Shown here: one piece after another, positions 35,136 to 43,829 of the stretch | How the letters are laid out: every line of letters begins with the position of its first letter | Numbering within the stretch: position 1 is the stretch's first letter | Source of the DNA: Patescibacteria group bacterium | Lineage (GTDB): Bacteria > Patescibacteriota > Minisyncoccia > Phycocordibacterales > JACOZG01 | Direction: 5' to 3' | DNA length: 64,000 nt | Assembly (NCBI GenBank): GCA_034658935.1 | Contig: JAYEGE010000008.1 | Location: forward strand, 3,400-67,399 | Notes under the pieces: model-generated | The model's database searches: none | What the model was told of the DNA's origin: nothing | Seen by the model: only the letters and a program-made list of their open reading frames with translations | Made by a program: the position numbers and the translations under genes

Positions 35136-36416
35136 CTATTGGCCCAGGCGGAGATTGCCCTTAGCGACAAGGGAAGCCCCGATGTTGCATCGGGGTTCTT
35201 CGCTGTTTAAGGCTCTAAAATAGCCTGCGGCGGCGATCATGGTGGCATTATCGGTTGCCAGGGTGACGTCGGGGAAGAGTACTTTAATTGAGCTATTTTG
35301 GCCCTCTAGGGCCTGTCCCAAAGCTTGCTTGAGGCTTTTGTTGGCCATGACTCCACCGGCGGCAATAAAGGTTTTTGGCCCGTGTTTCTCGGCCGCTTTA
35401 AGGGTTTTGTGGACCAAGACGTCAATTACTGCTTGCTGAAATTCAGCCGCGATGGCCGCCTTGGTGGTTTGATCCAGCTCTTCTGCTCCGCCGAGTTTTT
35501 TGACCAAATAAAGTACCGCCGTTTTGAGCCCTGAAAAGGAAAAATCAAAATCCTTAGAATTAATCATCGGCCTCGGCAGCCCCCACTTGCACTTGGACAT
35601 TGAATGTCCAAGTGGCCCATTCTGACCTGGACATTCAATGTCCAGGTGGTTCTTAGCTAGTTTAGAAATTTCTGGTCCGCCCGGGTAGGGCAGGTCGAGG
35701 ATGCGAGCTACCTTGTCGAAGGCTTCACCGGCGGCATCATCGCGGGTCTGGCCGATAATTTCGTAATCAAGCCAATCGCGCATCAGTACCAACTCCGTAT
35801 GCCCCCCACTTACTATCAACCCCAAAACAGGAAACTCTATTTTTTTGGACTTTGGACTTCGCAATTTGAATTTCCTGTCAGTTATCAGAACTGACAGCAA
35901 GTGTCCTTCTAAGTGATTGATGGGCACCAACGGTTTGCCCCAAGCGAGAGCAAGGGCTTTGGCCGCGTTGATTCCCACCCATAGGGCTGGTTCTAGTCCG
36001 GGGCCTTCAGTGACAGCGATGACGTCAATATCTGACACCTCATTGGCGTCGAGAAAAGCCAGCAGTTTTTCAGCCAACTCTGGCTCACGTTCTAAAATCT
36101 CTTTAATTTCTTCCCGTATTTCTTTCTCAAGTTTGTTGGCCCCGTTTTCTTTTTTTGAACCCCGTCTCGCCGTCGGGCAGGTTTGAACTTTGAACTTTGA
36201 CATTTCTAGTGCCCTCTTCAGTAGGGGCACTAGGCGTTTAGCGTGTTCGCGTTTGGCCAGCATGGGCACCACACCACCGTAGAGGGTGTGTAAGTCTACT
36301 TGCGAATGGACGGCTTCGGCTAGAACTTCAAAAACAGGCCGCTCGAAGCCGCCTTTAGCTGACACTATACTAACCGCTGTCTCGTCGCAGCTTGTTTCAA
36401 TCGCGAGTATTTTCAT
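35136..36416 (-). CDS. tsaD: tRNA N6-adenosine threonylcarbamoyltransferase TsaD, carrying three insertions
   Basis: MKILAIETSCDETAVSIV, HLEGHLLS, VSGGHTELV and DFSFSGLKT are all present. At 426 aa it is longer than the roughly 340 aa typical. Confidence 0.85.
   Translation of the reverse strand: MKILAIETSCDETAVSIVSAKGGFERPVFEVLAEAVHSQVDLHTLYGGVVPMLAKREHAKRLVPLLKRALEMSKFKVQTCPTARRGSKKENGANKLEKEIREEIKEILEREPELAEKLLAFLDANEVSDIDVIAVTEGPGLEPALWVGINAAKALALAWGKPLVPINHLEGHLLSVLITDRKFKLRSPKSKKIEFPVLGLIVSGGHTELVLMRDWLDYEIIGQTRDDAAGEAFDKVARILDLPYPGGPEISKLAKNHLDIECPGQNGPLGHSMSKCKWGLPRPMINSKDFDFSFSGLKTAVLYLVKKLGGAEELDQTTKAAIAAEFQQAVIDVLVHKTLKAAEKHGPKTFIAAGGVMANKSLKQALGQALEGQNSSIKVLFPDVTLATDNATMIAAAGYFRALNSEEPRCNIGASLVAKGNLRLGQ
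35585..35646. repeat. pair of perfect palindromes (25 nt cacttggacattgaatgtccaagtg and 21 nt cctggacattcaatgtccagg) inserted in-frame within tsaD
   Basis: Seen directly in the sequence. Together they encode the extra peptide HLDIECPGQNGPLGHSMSKCK, which is absent from canonical TsaD. Confidence 0.75.
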
Positions 36417-36667
36417 ATGGTCGGCGAATCGAGTGGACTATAATTGAAAATGTGCGAACCTTTTTTAAGCGAAACGCCTGCGGCGTTTCGCAAAATCCCA
36501 AACTGCTCAGGCGGGGCGGGAAGGAAAGGGGTTGAAGGGGAAAGGAATTCCCGCCCTCCGAAAAAATTTCGCAGCGTTCTTTGAAAATTCCAAATCCCTT
36601 AATGAGTTAATCATAACTCATTTCAGAAAATTTTTCAACAAAAAATATTCTGATTCGGTGGTAAGCT

Positions 36668-36707
36668 TAGAATAGAAAAAGGGCTACTCACATTTGTGAA
36701 TAGCCCT
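36668..36707 (-). terminator. rho-independent terminator for the 36727..38139 gene (hairpin gggctactcaca/tgtgaatagccc, with a T-run on the minus strand)
   Basis: Imperfect 12-bp hairpin. On the minus strand it is followed by TTTTTCTATTC. Confidence 0.5.
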
Positions 36708-36726
36708 TGCCAGATCAGAAAACTGG

Positions 36727-38139
36727 TTAGCGTTCTGCCCTGGTATAGAAAGTGAAATCGAGAGCCGACTTCTGTTTCAAGTGTCGCGCTTTCTGGTGGA
36801 GCTTATCTGCTTGCTCGTTCTCTCCGAGGTATTCGGCGAGCGCGGATGCTACTCCGAAGCTTCTGTTGTCGACGGCACATTCGATGGCACCCCGCATTAA
36901 ACGATGCAAGGATTCTTCGAACTTTGCCCGTTCGCACAGCGTGACTTCAAAACTGCAGAGACGAAAGTATCGGCCGAAGCGTGCCAGGATGATCGATGCT
37001 TTGGCGGCTTGTCCGCGCGCCAAACAATTCACCAACATGTCCTCAAAGCACTCCTGGCCTTCTTCCGACCTACACCAATCCCAGCGGCTTGAAGCCAAGG
37101 ACTCCAGCATCTCGAGATATCCCTCGTCGGTAATCTTAAGATGGTGTCCGAGCCAGGTGTAGCGAAGGGTGTCGCCGTCTTCAGACAACAGGTTTTTGAG
37201 GTCGCGCACCAAACACTGCCGGCTTGTTTCTTCAACAACCTTTCGGTTGCTGAGATACTTGCCGTCGATTTTGAGATTCTTCCACCATTCAACGATGCAA
37301 ACAGTGACAAAGTTCTCACGCATGCGCATCTGAAGCATCTGACGCCACAAGTCCTCAAGTTCTTCGATTGTAAAGTACTTAAGCGCATGGTCGATGACCA
37401 GCTGAAGCGACTTGTCCGGCATAAGCCCGGACAGACGGTTCTTATCCTCATCGGTTTGCTCGACTTTGGCAATTTCCTCTTGGGGAATTACTGCCGTAAG
37501 AAGACCGACGGGATCCTTACTACAACCGCCGTGATACACAATGGTCGCAGCGAGTACCTTTTTGTAATACTCGTTGTCAGCGAGATGCGTCCGAACAGCA
37601 AGCATGGCTGAAGCCCAGATGCCGCCGTAGGAAAATTGCTTAACCTTCGGCGTTGACCACTGAGCAAGCATGGCATCAATGATGCGACGCACCAAAGTTT
37701 GCGTTTGCTTGGAATCGAGTTTGAGTCGATTCACTTCCTCTTGAAAGTTGACCCCTTTCGTAACTTGCCCGTCGTTGGCAACGAGCCAAACAGCAAGTCG
37801 ATCGGGAGTATGCGCGTGTGGAGCGAAAACCACATTGCGAACACCATCAGGATACAGAGAATCTAGCGTAACCATAACACCATCTCCTTGAGCGTGCTCC
37901 ATGCCATTAGGCTGAGCGTGCTCCGTTTGAGTTATGAGGGCTTCAAAAGCCCTCTGACCATGATCCCTGCGCAACATTGCCAGGAATCTTGCTGCTTTCG
38001 CCTGCCTACGAGGCCAGCGAGTTGAAGCCAATTCATATGCCTTGTTTGGAGTTTCTGTCCGTGCAAGGTGTATGAGCTCCGCATGTCGCAGAGCAGGCTT
38101 CGCGAGCTTCTGAAGCTCTTCTGAAGTATACTCCGGCAT
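36727..38139 (-). CDS. GC-rich orphan hypothetical protein (470 aa, cytoplasmic, no recognisable domain)
   Basis: Long clean ORF with no signal peptide and no motif I can recognise. GC is clearly above the genome background. It is flanked by a terminator and tRNA-Val. Confidence 0.5.
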   Translation of the reverse strand: MPEYTSEELQKLAKPALRHAELIHLARTETPNKAYELASTRWPRRQAKAARFLAMLRRDHGQRAFEALITQTEHAQPNGMEHAQGDGVMVTLDSLYPDGVRNVVFAPHAHTPDRLAVWLVANDGQVTKGVNFQEEVNRLKLDSKQTQTLVRRIIDAMLAQWSTPKVKQFSYGGIWASAMLAVRTHLADNEYYKKVLAATIVYHGGCSKDPVGLLTAVIPQEEIAKVEQTDEDKNRLSGLMPDKSLQLVIDHALKYFTIEELEDLWRQMLQMRMRENFVTVCIVEWWKNLKIDGKYLSNRKVVEETSRQCLVRDLKNLLSEDGDTLRYTWLGHHLKITDEGYLEMLESLASSRWDWCRSEEGQECFEDMLVNCLARGQAAKASIILARFGRYFRLCSFEVTLCERAKFEESLHRLMRGAIECAVDNRSFGVASALAEYLGENEQADKLHQKARHLKQKSALDFTFYTRAER

Positions 38140-38341
38140 GCGATTTCTCCTTTCTTTGTCAAAGATCTAATTCTCATCTTATCGTTAGTTTTGAACTCCG
38201 AAATATGGAAAATGAGAATAATATATCTTAGCATAATTCATATTGTGTGTCAAGCCCCAAACAAAAACAGAAATTCGTTAGAATTTCTGTAATAAATCAA
38301 AATGATTTTTTTCCTTTTCCGAAAATTTGCAAAATCCTGTT

Positions 38342-38418
38342 TGGTGGGCGATACAGGGCTCGAACCTGTGACCTTCTCAACGTCAATGAGACGCTCTAGC
38401 CAACTGAGCTAATCGCCC
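38342..38418 (-). tRNA. tRNA-Val (anticodon GAC), CCA encoded
   Basis: Reverse complement folds as gggcgat...ttGACgt...ggttcgagcc...atcgccc-a-cca. Confidence 0.8.
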
Positions 38419-38501
38419 CTCACCCAGAAAGCTTTTGCTCTTATTTTGCCTCCGCTTTCTGCTATTTGCCTAACTACATTTGGCGTCTCTATCTTACCTT
38501 A

Positions 38502-39059
38502 TTATGGCCCATCTCGCAAAATAATCTCGCTATTTCTAGCCCCCGTCTCGGCCTCTACCCGATTCATTATTCTCTCTTGGATGAATATGTTGGTTGGCGA
38601 AATGGCATTTAGAATGAGCCATAGGGCCGCTGGTATGGTGGCGATCTTCCAGGTCCAAGAATATTTTCTGCCCAAGAGGCCTCCCAGGACGACCATTAAG
38701 AGGTCGCCGATCAATCTATTGCCCCAATGTTCGTGATTGTCTTTCCAATGAGAAACTATTTGTCCGACTACCCCTTTCTCCATGGCTAGCTCCATGGCCT
38801 CCCAACTCATGGCGATGATTAAGATAACTAAGATATATTCTCCGATGGCTAAGGATTTGCTCTTTACAAAAAACTTAGCCAGCAGGGCGGCGATGATGAT
38901 GCCAGATAGAAAATGCTGAATGGACCACAGATCAAAGATGGCAACGTTGCGGTTACCGAGTAGGCAAGGCAAATCGGGTTGGTCAGTAATGAAGAGGTGG
39001 AGGGCGGCGAGAGCTAAAAATAAAACCACCGTTATTGTGGTTGTCCGATGTCTAGTCAT
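38502..39059 (-). CDS. hypothetical integral membrane protein
   Basis: Four to five TM helices. No recognised domain. Confidence 0.45.
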   Translation of the reverse strand: MTRHRTTTITVVLFLALAALHLFITDQPDLPCLLGNRNVAIFDLWSIQHFLSGIIIAALLAKFFVKSKSLAIGEYILVILIIAMSWEAMELAMEKGVVGQIVSHWKDNHEHWGNRLIGDLLMVVLGGLLGRKYSWTWKIATIPAALWLILNAISPTNIFIQERIMNRVEAETGARNSEIILRDGP

Positions 39060-39106
39060 ATCTATTTTATTATACAGTTTTTATATGGAAGTTTCTCTAT
39101 TGGTTA

Positions 39107-39361
39107 GTGGTCGCAACAACAGGCGAAGATGCTGGGATCTTAGTAAAACAGCTTAAAGAAATGGGATTTGAGGGCTTGATAATCGGCAACCCAGCCCTCG
39201 GCCTCGAGGAGTTCTTGGAGATAGCAAGGGATTATCTATACGGAGTCGAAAATTACCCGGGCGTTGGAGGCCTAACAACCTTCGATGAAAATGGAGATGT
39301 TGTTAAACCAATCATGCTGAAAACGATAAAGGACGGGGAAATAATGCCGTACGAGGAATAG
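39107..39361 (+). pseudogene. C-terminal fragment of a periplasmic substrate-binding protein (LivK-like)
   Basis: Only 84 aa, with GLTTFDENGDVVKPIMLKTIKDG typical of branched-chain amino-acid SBP C-termini. No N-terminal domain is present. Confidence 0.35.
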
Positions 39362-39388
39362 AAAAGCCAGGCAAAACCTGGCTTTTTT
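39362..39388 (+). terminator. rho-independent terminator (agccagg-caaaa-cctggct followed by T6)
   Basis: Hairpin followed by TTTTTT. Confidence 0.65.
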
Positions 39389-39413
39389 ACGATTTGCCGC
39401 TTGCAGCAATTTT

Positions 39414-39486
39414 TGACCCCACCGGGAATCGAACCCGGATTACCGGCTTGAAAAGCCGATGTCCTAACCGTTAGACGATGGGGCCC
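39414..39486 (-). tRNA. tRNA-Glu (anticodon TTC)
   Basis: Reverse complement ggccccatcgtctaacggttaggacatcggctTTTCaagccgg...ggttcgattcccggtggggtca. The D-arm matches bacterial tRNA-Glu. Confidence 0.8.
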
Positions 39487-39591
39487 CACTACGCTGAAAC
39501 TACGCGGGGCAAGCCCTAAGTAGACAACATGTAGACGCAAATAATAACATTTTTTGTCAAAAAAGTAAAAAGATGGTAGATTGATCGCACT

Positions 39592-39676
39592 GGAGGCGTG
39601 GCAGAGTGGTCTATCGCGCCGCACTCGAAATGCGGTTGGGAGCAATCCCTCGGGGGTTCGAATCCTCCCGCCTCCG
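39592..39676 (+). tRNA. tRNA-Ser (anticodon CGA), long variable arm
   Basis: ggaggcg...ccgcaCTCGAAAtgcgg...long variable arm...gggggttcgaatcctcc-cgcctcc-g. Confidence 0.75.
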
Positions 39677-39720
39677 TCCTCGCCACGACGTGGTTTTAAC
39701 GAAGTCGAGACGAGTCATTG

Positions 39721-39745
39721 TCAAGGTCGGACCTTGCCACGGGCG
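39721..39745. repeat. solitary degenerate copy of the element-3 terminal palindrome (tgtcaaggtcggaccttgccacg)
   Basis: Matches cactgtcaaggtc(c/g)gaccttgacagtg of 57229-57255 and 57996-58022, with a mutated 3' arm. Confidence 0.55.
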
Positions 39746-39998
39746 GCCTAGGGGGTTGTCTGTGTACTTAACATTTTGCTATTTTTGATAAAATCAATTT
39801 GATAAAATCAATATTGGCATGAGTATTTAATCTACTGGATATAAAAGAAATCTAGGGCAGCGGCAGCAAGTTGAAGCATCGTGTCGAGTTGGAGAAAGAT
39901 AGATCAAAATAGAAGTAGCCCTCCGCGAGGAGGGCTGCTCTTGTATCAAAGTTGATCAGATAGGTAATGAGGGCGCCTATCTGGCGGCAATTACCAGT

Positions 39999-40313
39999 AT
40001 GACTGAGGGGCAGGTATATGTGATCGGCACTGACACTTCTGGCTGTGATGATCAGAATGCTTATTGTGATACTAACGTGACTGCCGACGATACCTGTGTT
40101 AACCTGGCGGGGTTGGTCACGGAGGGGTATATCGGGTCAGTGCCTATTGGTCCTGATGGCGATGACACTTGGGTGGCGGGGCAGACTGGCTATACACTCT
40201 CAAAGGCCTCAACTGGCATTCTCATTATAGAGGACTGTGAATCTGAAAACGCCACCGAGATTTCCATCTTACGACAAAAAAAAAGTCAGAAAAAGGGCGG
40301 GGATACGTCTTAG
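39999..40313 (+). CDS. hypothetical protein
   Basis: ORF only. Confidence 0.3.
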   Translation: MTEGQVYVIGTDTSGCDDQNAYCDTNVTADDTCVNLAGLVTEGYIGSVPIGPDGDDTWVAGQTGYTLSKASTGILIIEDCESENATEISILRQKKSQKKGGDTS

Positions 40314-40336
40314 TATTGGTATGAGTATTTCACAAC

Positions 40337-40657
40337 ATGAATTATTCCGCGCCAATATTAATCGCTGGCTTTGTCGGTGGTGCTTTGCGGGGAATTGTTG
40401 GGTATATTAAGTACCAGACAAAATATAAGAACGTTGATTTTAAGCCCTGGCATTTTGCTGGAATGACCGCTACGGCTGGAGTCGTGGGCCTATTGGCCGC
40501 TTGGGCCACTAAAGATTTAGGGGTGTCGTTCGCGGGGGTTGAAGAACTTCCAAGTTCCGTTGCTTTTATTATTGGTTATGCCGGGGGAGATTTCATTGAG
40601 AACCTCTTCAAAATTATCTCCGGTAAATCCGTCCTATATTCGATTGGTAACTCCTAA
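40337..40657 (+). CDS. hypothetical small membrane protein
   Basis: Three predicted TM helices. Confidence 0.35.
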   Translation: MNYSAPILIAGFVGGALRGIVGYIKYQTKYKNVDFKPWHFAGMTATAGVVGLLAAWATKDLGVSFAGVEELPSSVAFIIGYAGGDFIENLFKIISGKSVLYSIGNS

Positions 40658-40670
40658 TCTCTGCGGTGGC

Positions 40671-41735
40671 CTAGTTGCTAGGTTTGTTTTCGGTCAGCCA
40701 GTTCTTAAACCATTCGAGGCATTTTTCTGGGTCGCGAGGTTTGTCATCTCCTAACTCAAATGTGCCGCCAGCAGCTCTATCGTGACCACCTCCTAAGTCG
40801 GTTTTTTCCATTAGTTCGCGGGAGTTGGCTGAGCCGGGCTGGGAGCGAGCGGAAATACTGCACTCGCTATTTTCGTCGGGAGTGATAACAATGCCCCAGG
40901 GGTATCCCTCGATTACCCTGAGGTAATGACTCATATAGATGTGACTAGCACTACTGATCTCGTTGTCACTGTAGCCTTGTTTAGTGATGACTGAGCGAGG
41001 CAAGAAACTAGACTGCCAATTACCCCAGCCCGCCGTTTGATTGTGTGCCGTGTTGGCAATCAGCATCTGGATTAATTTAAAGACACGATCGGGGATCAGA
41101 CGGTAGCGAGATTGGAACTCGCCAATACTATTGATCCCAGCTATCTTTAGTAGATTTCGAACTATATCAAAAATATATCCATCTTTCAGTTTTAAGAAGG
41201 AGAAATTTCCTGTGTCACCTAATATACCCAGGAGTAGGGTTTCGGCTAAGGGTTTATTGATCTCGATTTCTGCCTGGAAGAGTTGGTAGATAATAGAGGT
41301 GGTGGCTGGCGCATCTGGTACCACGGTGGCTAAAGTAAACTCATCTACTGATGAGGAATGGTGATCAATACATATTGTCTGAGCCGGTAGCTTTGCTTTT
41401 AGTTTCTCGACTTGGCCGGTGAAGCGATAATGCTGGCTACCGTCGAGTGTGATTAGAAGGTCGGTGTCTTCTAGGTTATTTGCTAAGTCGTCAACAAATT
41501 TGATTTGATCAAAATATTGAAAACTGGCGAACCGCTCCACTACTCGACCGGTAATGATTATTTCCACCGTCTTATCTGGTTGTTTCTGTAGAATGATTTG
41601 ATAAAGCGCTAAGACGGAGGCGATAGCGTCATCGTCGGGGGAGATATGGGCAGTTATGGCAATACGTTTGGCATTTCCCACCAATTGCCAAAAATGTTTA
41701 TTGAAAGTGGGATGCACCTCCCGGTATAATTCCAT
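40671..41735 (-). CDS. DHH-family phosphoesterase (NrnA-like nanoRNase/pAp phosphatase)
   Basis: HISPDDDAIASVLAL, DHHSSS and the DHHA1 motif GGGHDRAAGG. Confidence 0.75.
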   Translation of the reverse strand: MELYREVHPTFNKHFWQLVGNAKRIAITAHISPDDDAIASVLALYQIILQKQPDKTVEIIITGRVVERFASFQYFDQIKFVDDLANNLEDTDLLITLDGSQHYRFTGQVEKLKAKLPAQTICIDHHSSSVDEFTLATVVPDAPATTSIIYQLFQAEIEINKPLAETLLLGILGDTGNFSFLKLKDGYIFDIVRNLLKIAGINSIGEFQSRYRLIPDRVFKLIQMLIANTAHNQTAGWGNWQSSFLPRSVITKQGYSDNEISSASHIYMSHYLRVIEGYPWGIVITPDENSECSISARSQPGSANSRELMEKTDLGGGHDRAAGGTFELGDDKPRDPEKCLEWFKNWLTENKPSN

Positions 41736-41739
41736 TTTT

Positions 41740-43044
41740 CTATTTTATTAGTTTAATCTTTGCTCCCAATTTCTTGAGTCGATTGGCGAGATCCTCATAG
41801 CCCCGATTGATTGAGTAGATATTGCGGAGGATGGATGTGCCCTTGGCGGCCAACATCCCAATAAGTATCAAGGCGGCTGGTCTTAGGGCTGGCGGGCAGA
41901 TGATTTCAGCGGGACGGAGAGCCGTTGGCCCTTTGATATAGACGCGGTAGGGGTCAGCCAAGATAATATCTGCTCCGAGTTTGGTCAATTCCATGTAGTA
42001 AATGGCGCGGTTCTCGTAGACCCAATCATGAATTAAAGTGGCGCCATTAGCTTGGGTGGCGATGGGGACAAAGAAGGGGAGATTATCGATATTGATTCCT
42101 GGGAAAGGTAAAGGGTGGATCTTCTCCTCTAAGGCCTTGAGTTTGGAAACTTTGGTGCTGATATCAACTAATTTGGCGAAGCCGTTGTCGCTGAGATAGG
42201 GCTTAGACAGGCTGTAGAGGAAACCCATTTTCTTCAGTTTCAGCAGTTCTAGTTCTAAGAAATTTATTGGACAACGCTTGATATTGATCTCTGAATTAGT
42301 GGTAGCGGCAATGGCCAAGAAGAGCATTGATTCAATCGGGTCTTCACTAAGGGTAAATTCGATGTTGCGGTTTATCTCTTTTTGCCCCGACACACTGATG
42401 GTGCTAGTGCCCAGGCCTCCCACTTTACAACCAAGAGCCAAGAGGAAGTGGCCCAAGTCCTGGACCATGTAATTAGCGGTGGCAAATTTAATGAAGGTGG
42501 TGCCTGGCAAACCGGCAGCAGCCATCATGGCGTTTTCAGTAACAGTATCGCCGGCCTCGTAAAGAACTATTTCTGACGCTTTTAATTTTTTGGCACTAAC
42601 TTCGTGGCGGTCGTCTTTGGAGATTATTTTTACTCCCAGGTTTTCTAGGGCGTAGAGATGTGGTCGGACACTGCGTGCGCCAAGCTTGCAGCCGCCAGGG
42701 TGGGGAAGAGTGAAAGATTGTTCCCAATGGATGAGGGGGCCGAGGAACATGAGGATACTTCGTGTTTTGGTGGCGGCCTCTTGGTCAAGCCTACTGAGTT
42801 TTAATTTCTTGGGAGGATTAATAATCAGATTGTCTCCTTTCCAATTGATTCTAACTCCGATACTTTTCAAGACTTCAATTAGCCTATTGACCTCCTCGAT
42901 ATGAGGGACCCGCTTGAGGGTGGTGGTGCCGTGGTTTAAGAGTGAGGCGCAGAGTAAAGCCACGGCCGAGTTTTTTGCCGTTTTAGTTACCACGGTTCCT
43001 GAGAGTTTTTGCCCCCCTTCAATTTGTAGATTTAAAGTATCCAT
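41740..43044 (-). CDS. murA: UDP-N-acetylglucosamine 1-carboxyvinyltransferase
   Basis: MDTLNLQIEGGQKLSGTVVTKTAKNSAVALLCASLL shows the MurA N-terminus and EPSP-synthase fold. Length 434 aa. Confidence 0.85.
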   Translation of the reverse strand: MDTLNLQIEGGQKLSGTVVTKTAKNSAVALLCASLLNHGTTTLKRVPHIEEVNRLIEVLKSIGVRINWKGDNLIINPPKKLKLSRLDQEAATKTRSILMFLGPLIHWEQSFTLPHPGGCKLGARSVRPHLYALENLGVKIISKDDRHEVSAKKLKASEIVLYEAGDTVTENAMMAAAGLPGTTFIKFATANYMVQDLGHFLLALGCKVGGLGTSTISVSGQKEINRNIEFTLSEDPIESMLFLAIAATTNSEINIKRCPINFLELELLKLKKMGFLYSLSKPYLSDNGFAKLVDISTKVSKLKALEEKIHPLPFPGINIDNLPFFVPIATQANGATLIHDWVYENRAIYYMELTKLGADIILADPYRVYIKGPTALRPAEIICPPALRPAALILIGMLAAKGTSILRNIYSINRGYEDLANRLKKLGAKIKLIK

Positions 43045-43071
43045 TGCGCTATTCTAACATGCATTCCAACC

Positions 43072-43825
43072 TGTGCAACACTTAGTGTTGCACAAATGAG
43101 CTGAGCTTACTAAACTGTAGTGGATATGCGTCGGATCAAAATCAGTCCAGGAGAATGTTACCATCTTTATAATAGAGGCAATAATAAGCAGAACATATTC
43201 CGTGATAATCGTGATCGAGCCCGCCTCCTCTTCCTTTTGATAGGTTTGCAATCCGAACTATCTTTCAAAAATATCAGTCGATTAGTTTCAGCTTTAACTA
43301 AAAGACCAAAACTTATCTTGAATGCTCGAGTTGTCTCTGAGGTTAGTGCAGCTCGTTACGTTGATCTAATTAGTTTTGTCTTAATGCCCAACCATTTTCA
43401 TTTAATTGTTTTTGAACGCAAAGAAGGTGGTATTGCTAAATACATGCAACGAGCGCTCAACGCCTATACAAAATATTTTAATACTCGGTATAAAAAAATG
43501 GGCATGTATTTGGGGGGACATACCAAGCCGTTCATATCGAAGACAATGATCAGCTTCTTTATGCTTCTGCCTATCTCCACAGAAATGCTCACCAATTACC
43601 AGTTTGGACTGGTCGCTCGGCGGAGTATCCTTGGTCAAGTTATAGTGATTACGTCGGAAATAATCGGTGGGGGGAGCTTTTAAACCGGCGAATGATTATG
43701 GAACAATTTGTCGACGGTAACGAATACCGACAGTGGGTTGAGACCAGTAGTGCCAAGGACCAAGATTGGGAATTTCAAGAGGGGAACTAAATTGTGCAAC
43801 ACTGTGCAACACTTAGTGTTGCACA
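43072..43825 (+). mobile_element. IS200/IS605-like mini-element 2 (palindrome tgtgcaacac-tta-gtgttgcaca at both ends)
   Basis: Hairpins at 43072-43094 and 43803-43825, plus an extra half-copy at 43793-43802. Total length 754 bp. Confidence 0.65.
43120..43790 (+). pseudogene. Y1 HUH transposase paralog, frameshifted
   Basis: The N-terminal part (CYHLYNRGNNKQNIF...LMPNHFHLIV) is in one frame. The C-terminal part (...LLYASAYLHRNAHQLPVWTGRSAEYPWSSY...) is in another. The switch falls at the A7/G6 homopolymers around 43500-43520. Confidence 0.6.
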
Positions 43826-43829
43826 GAAA

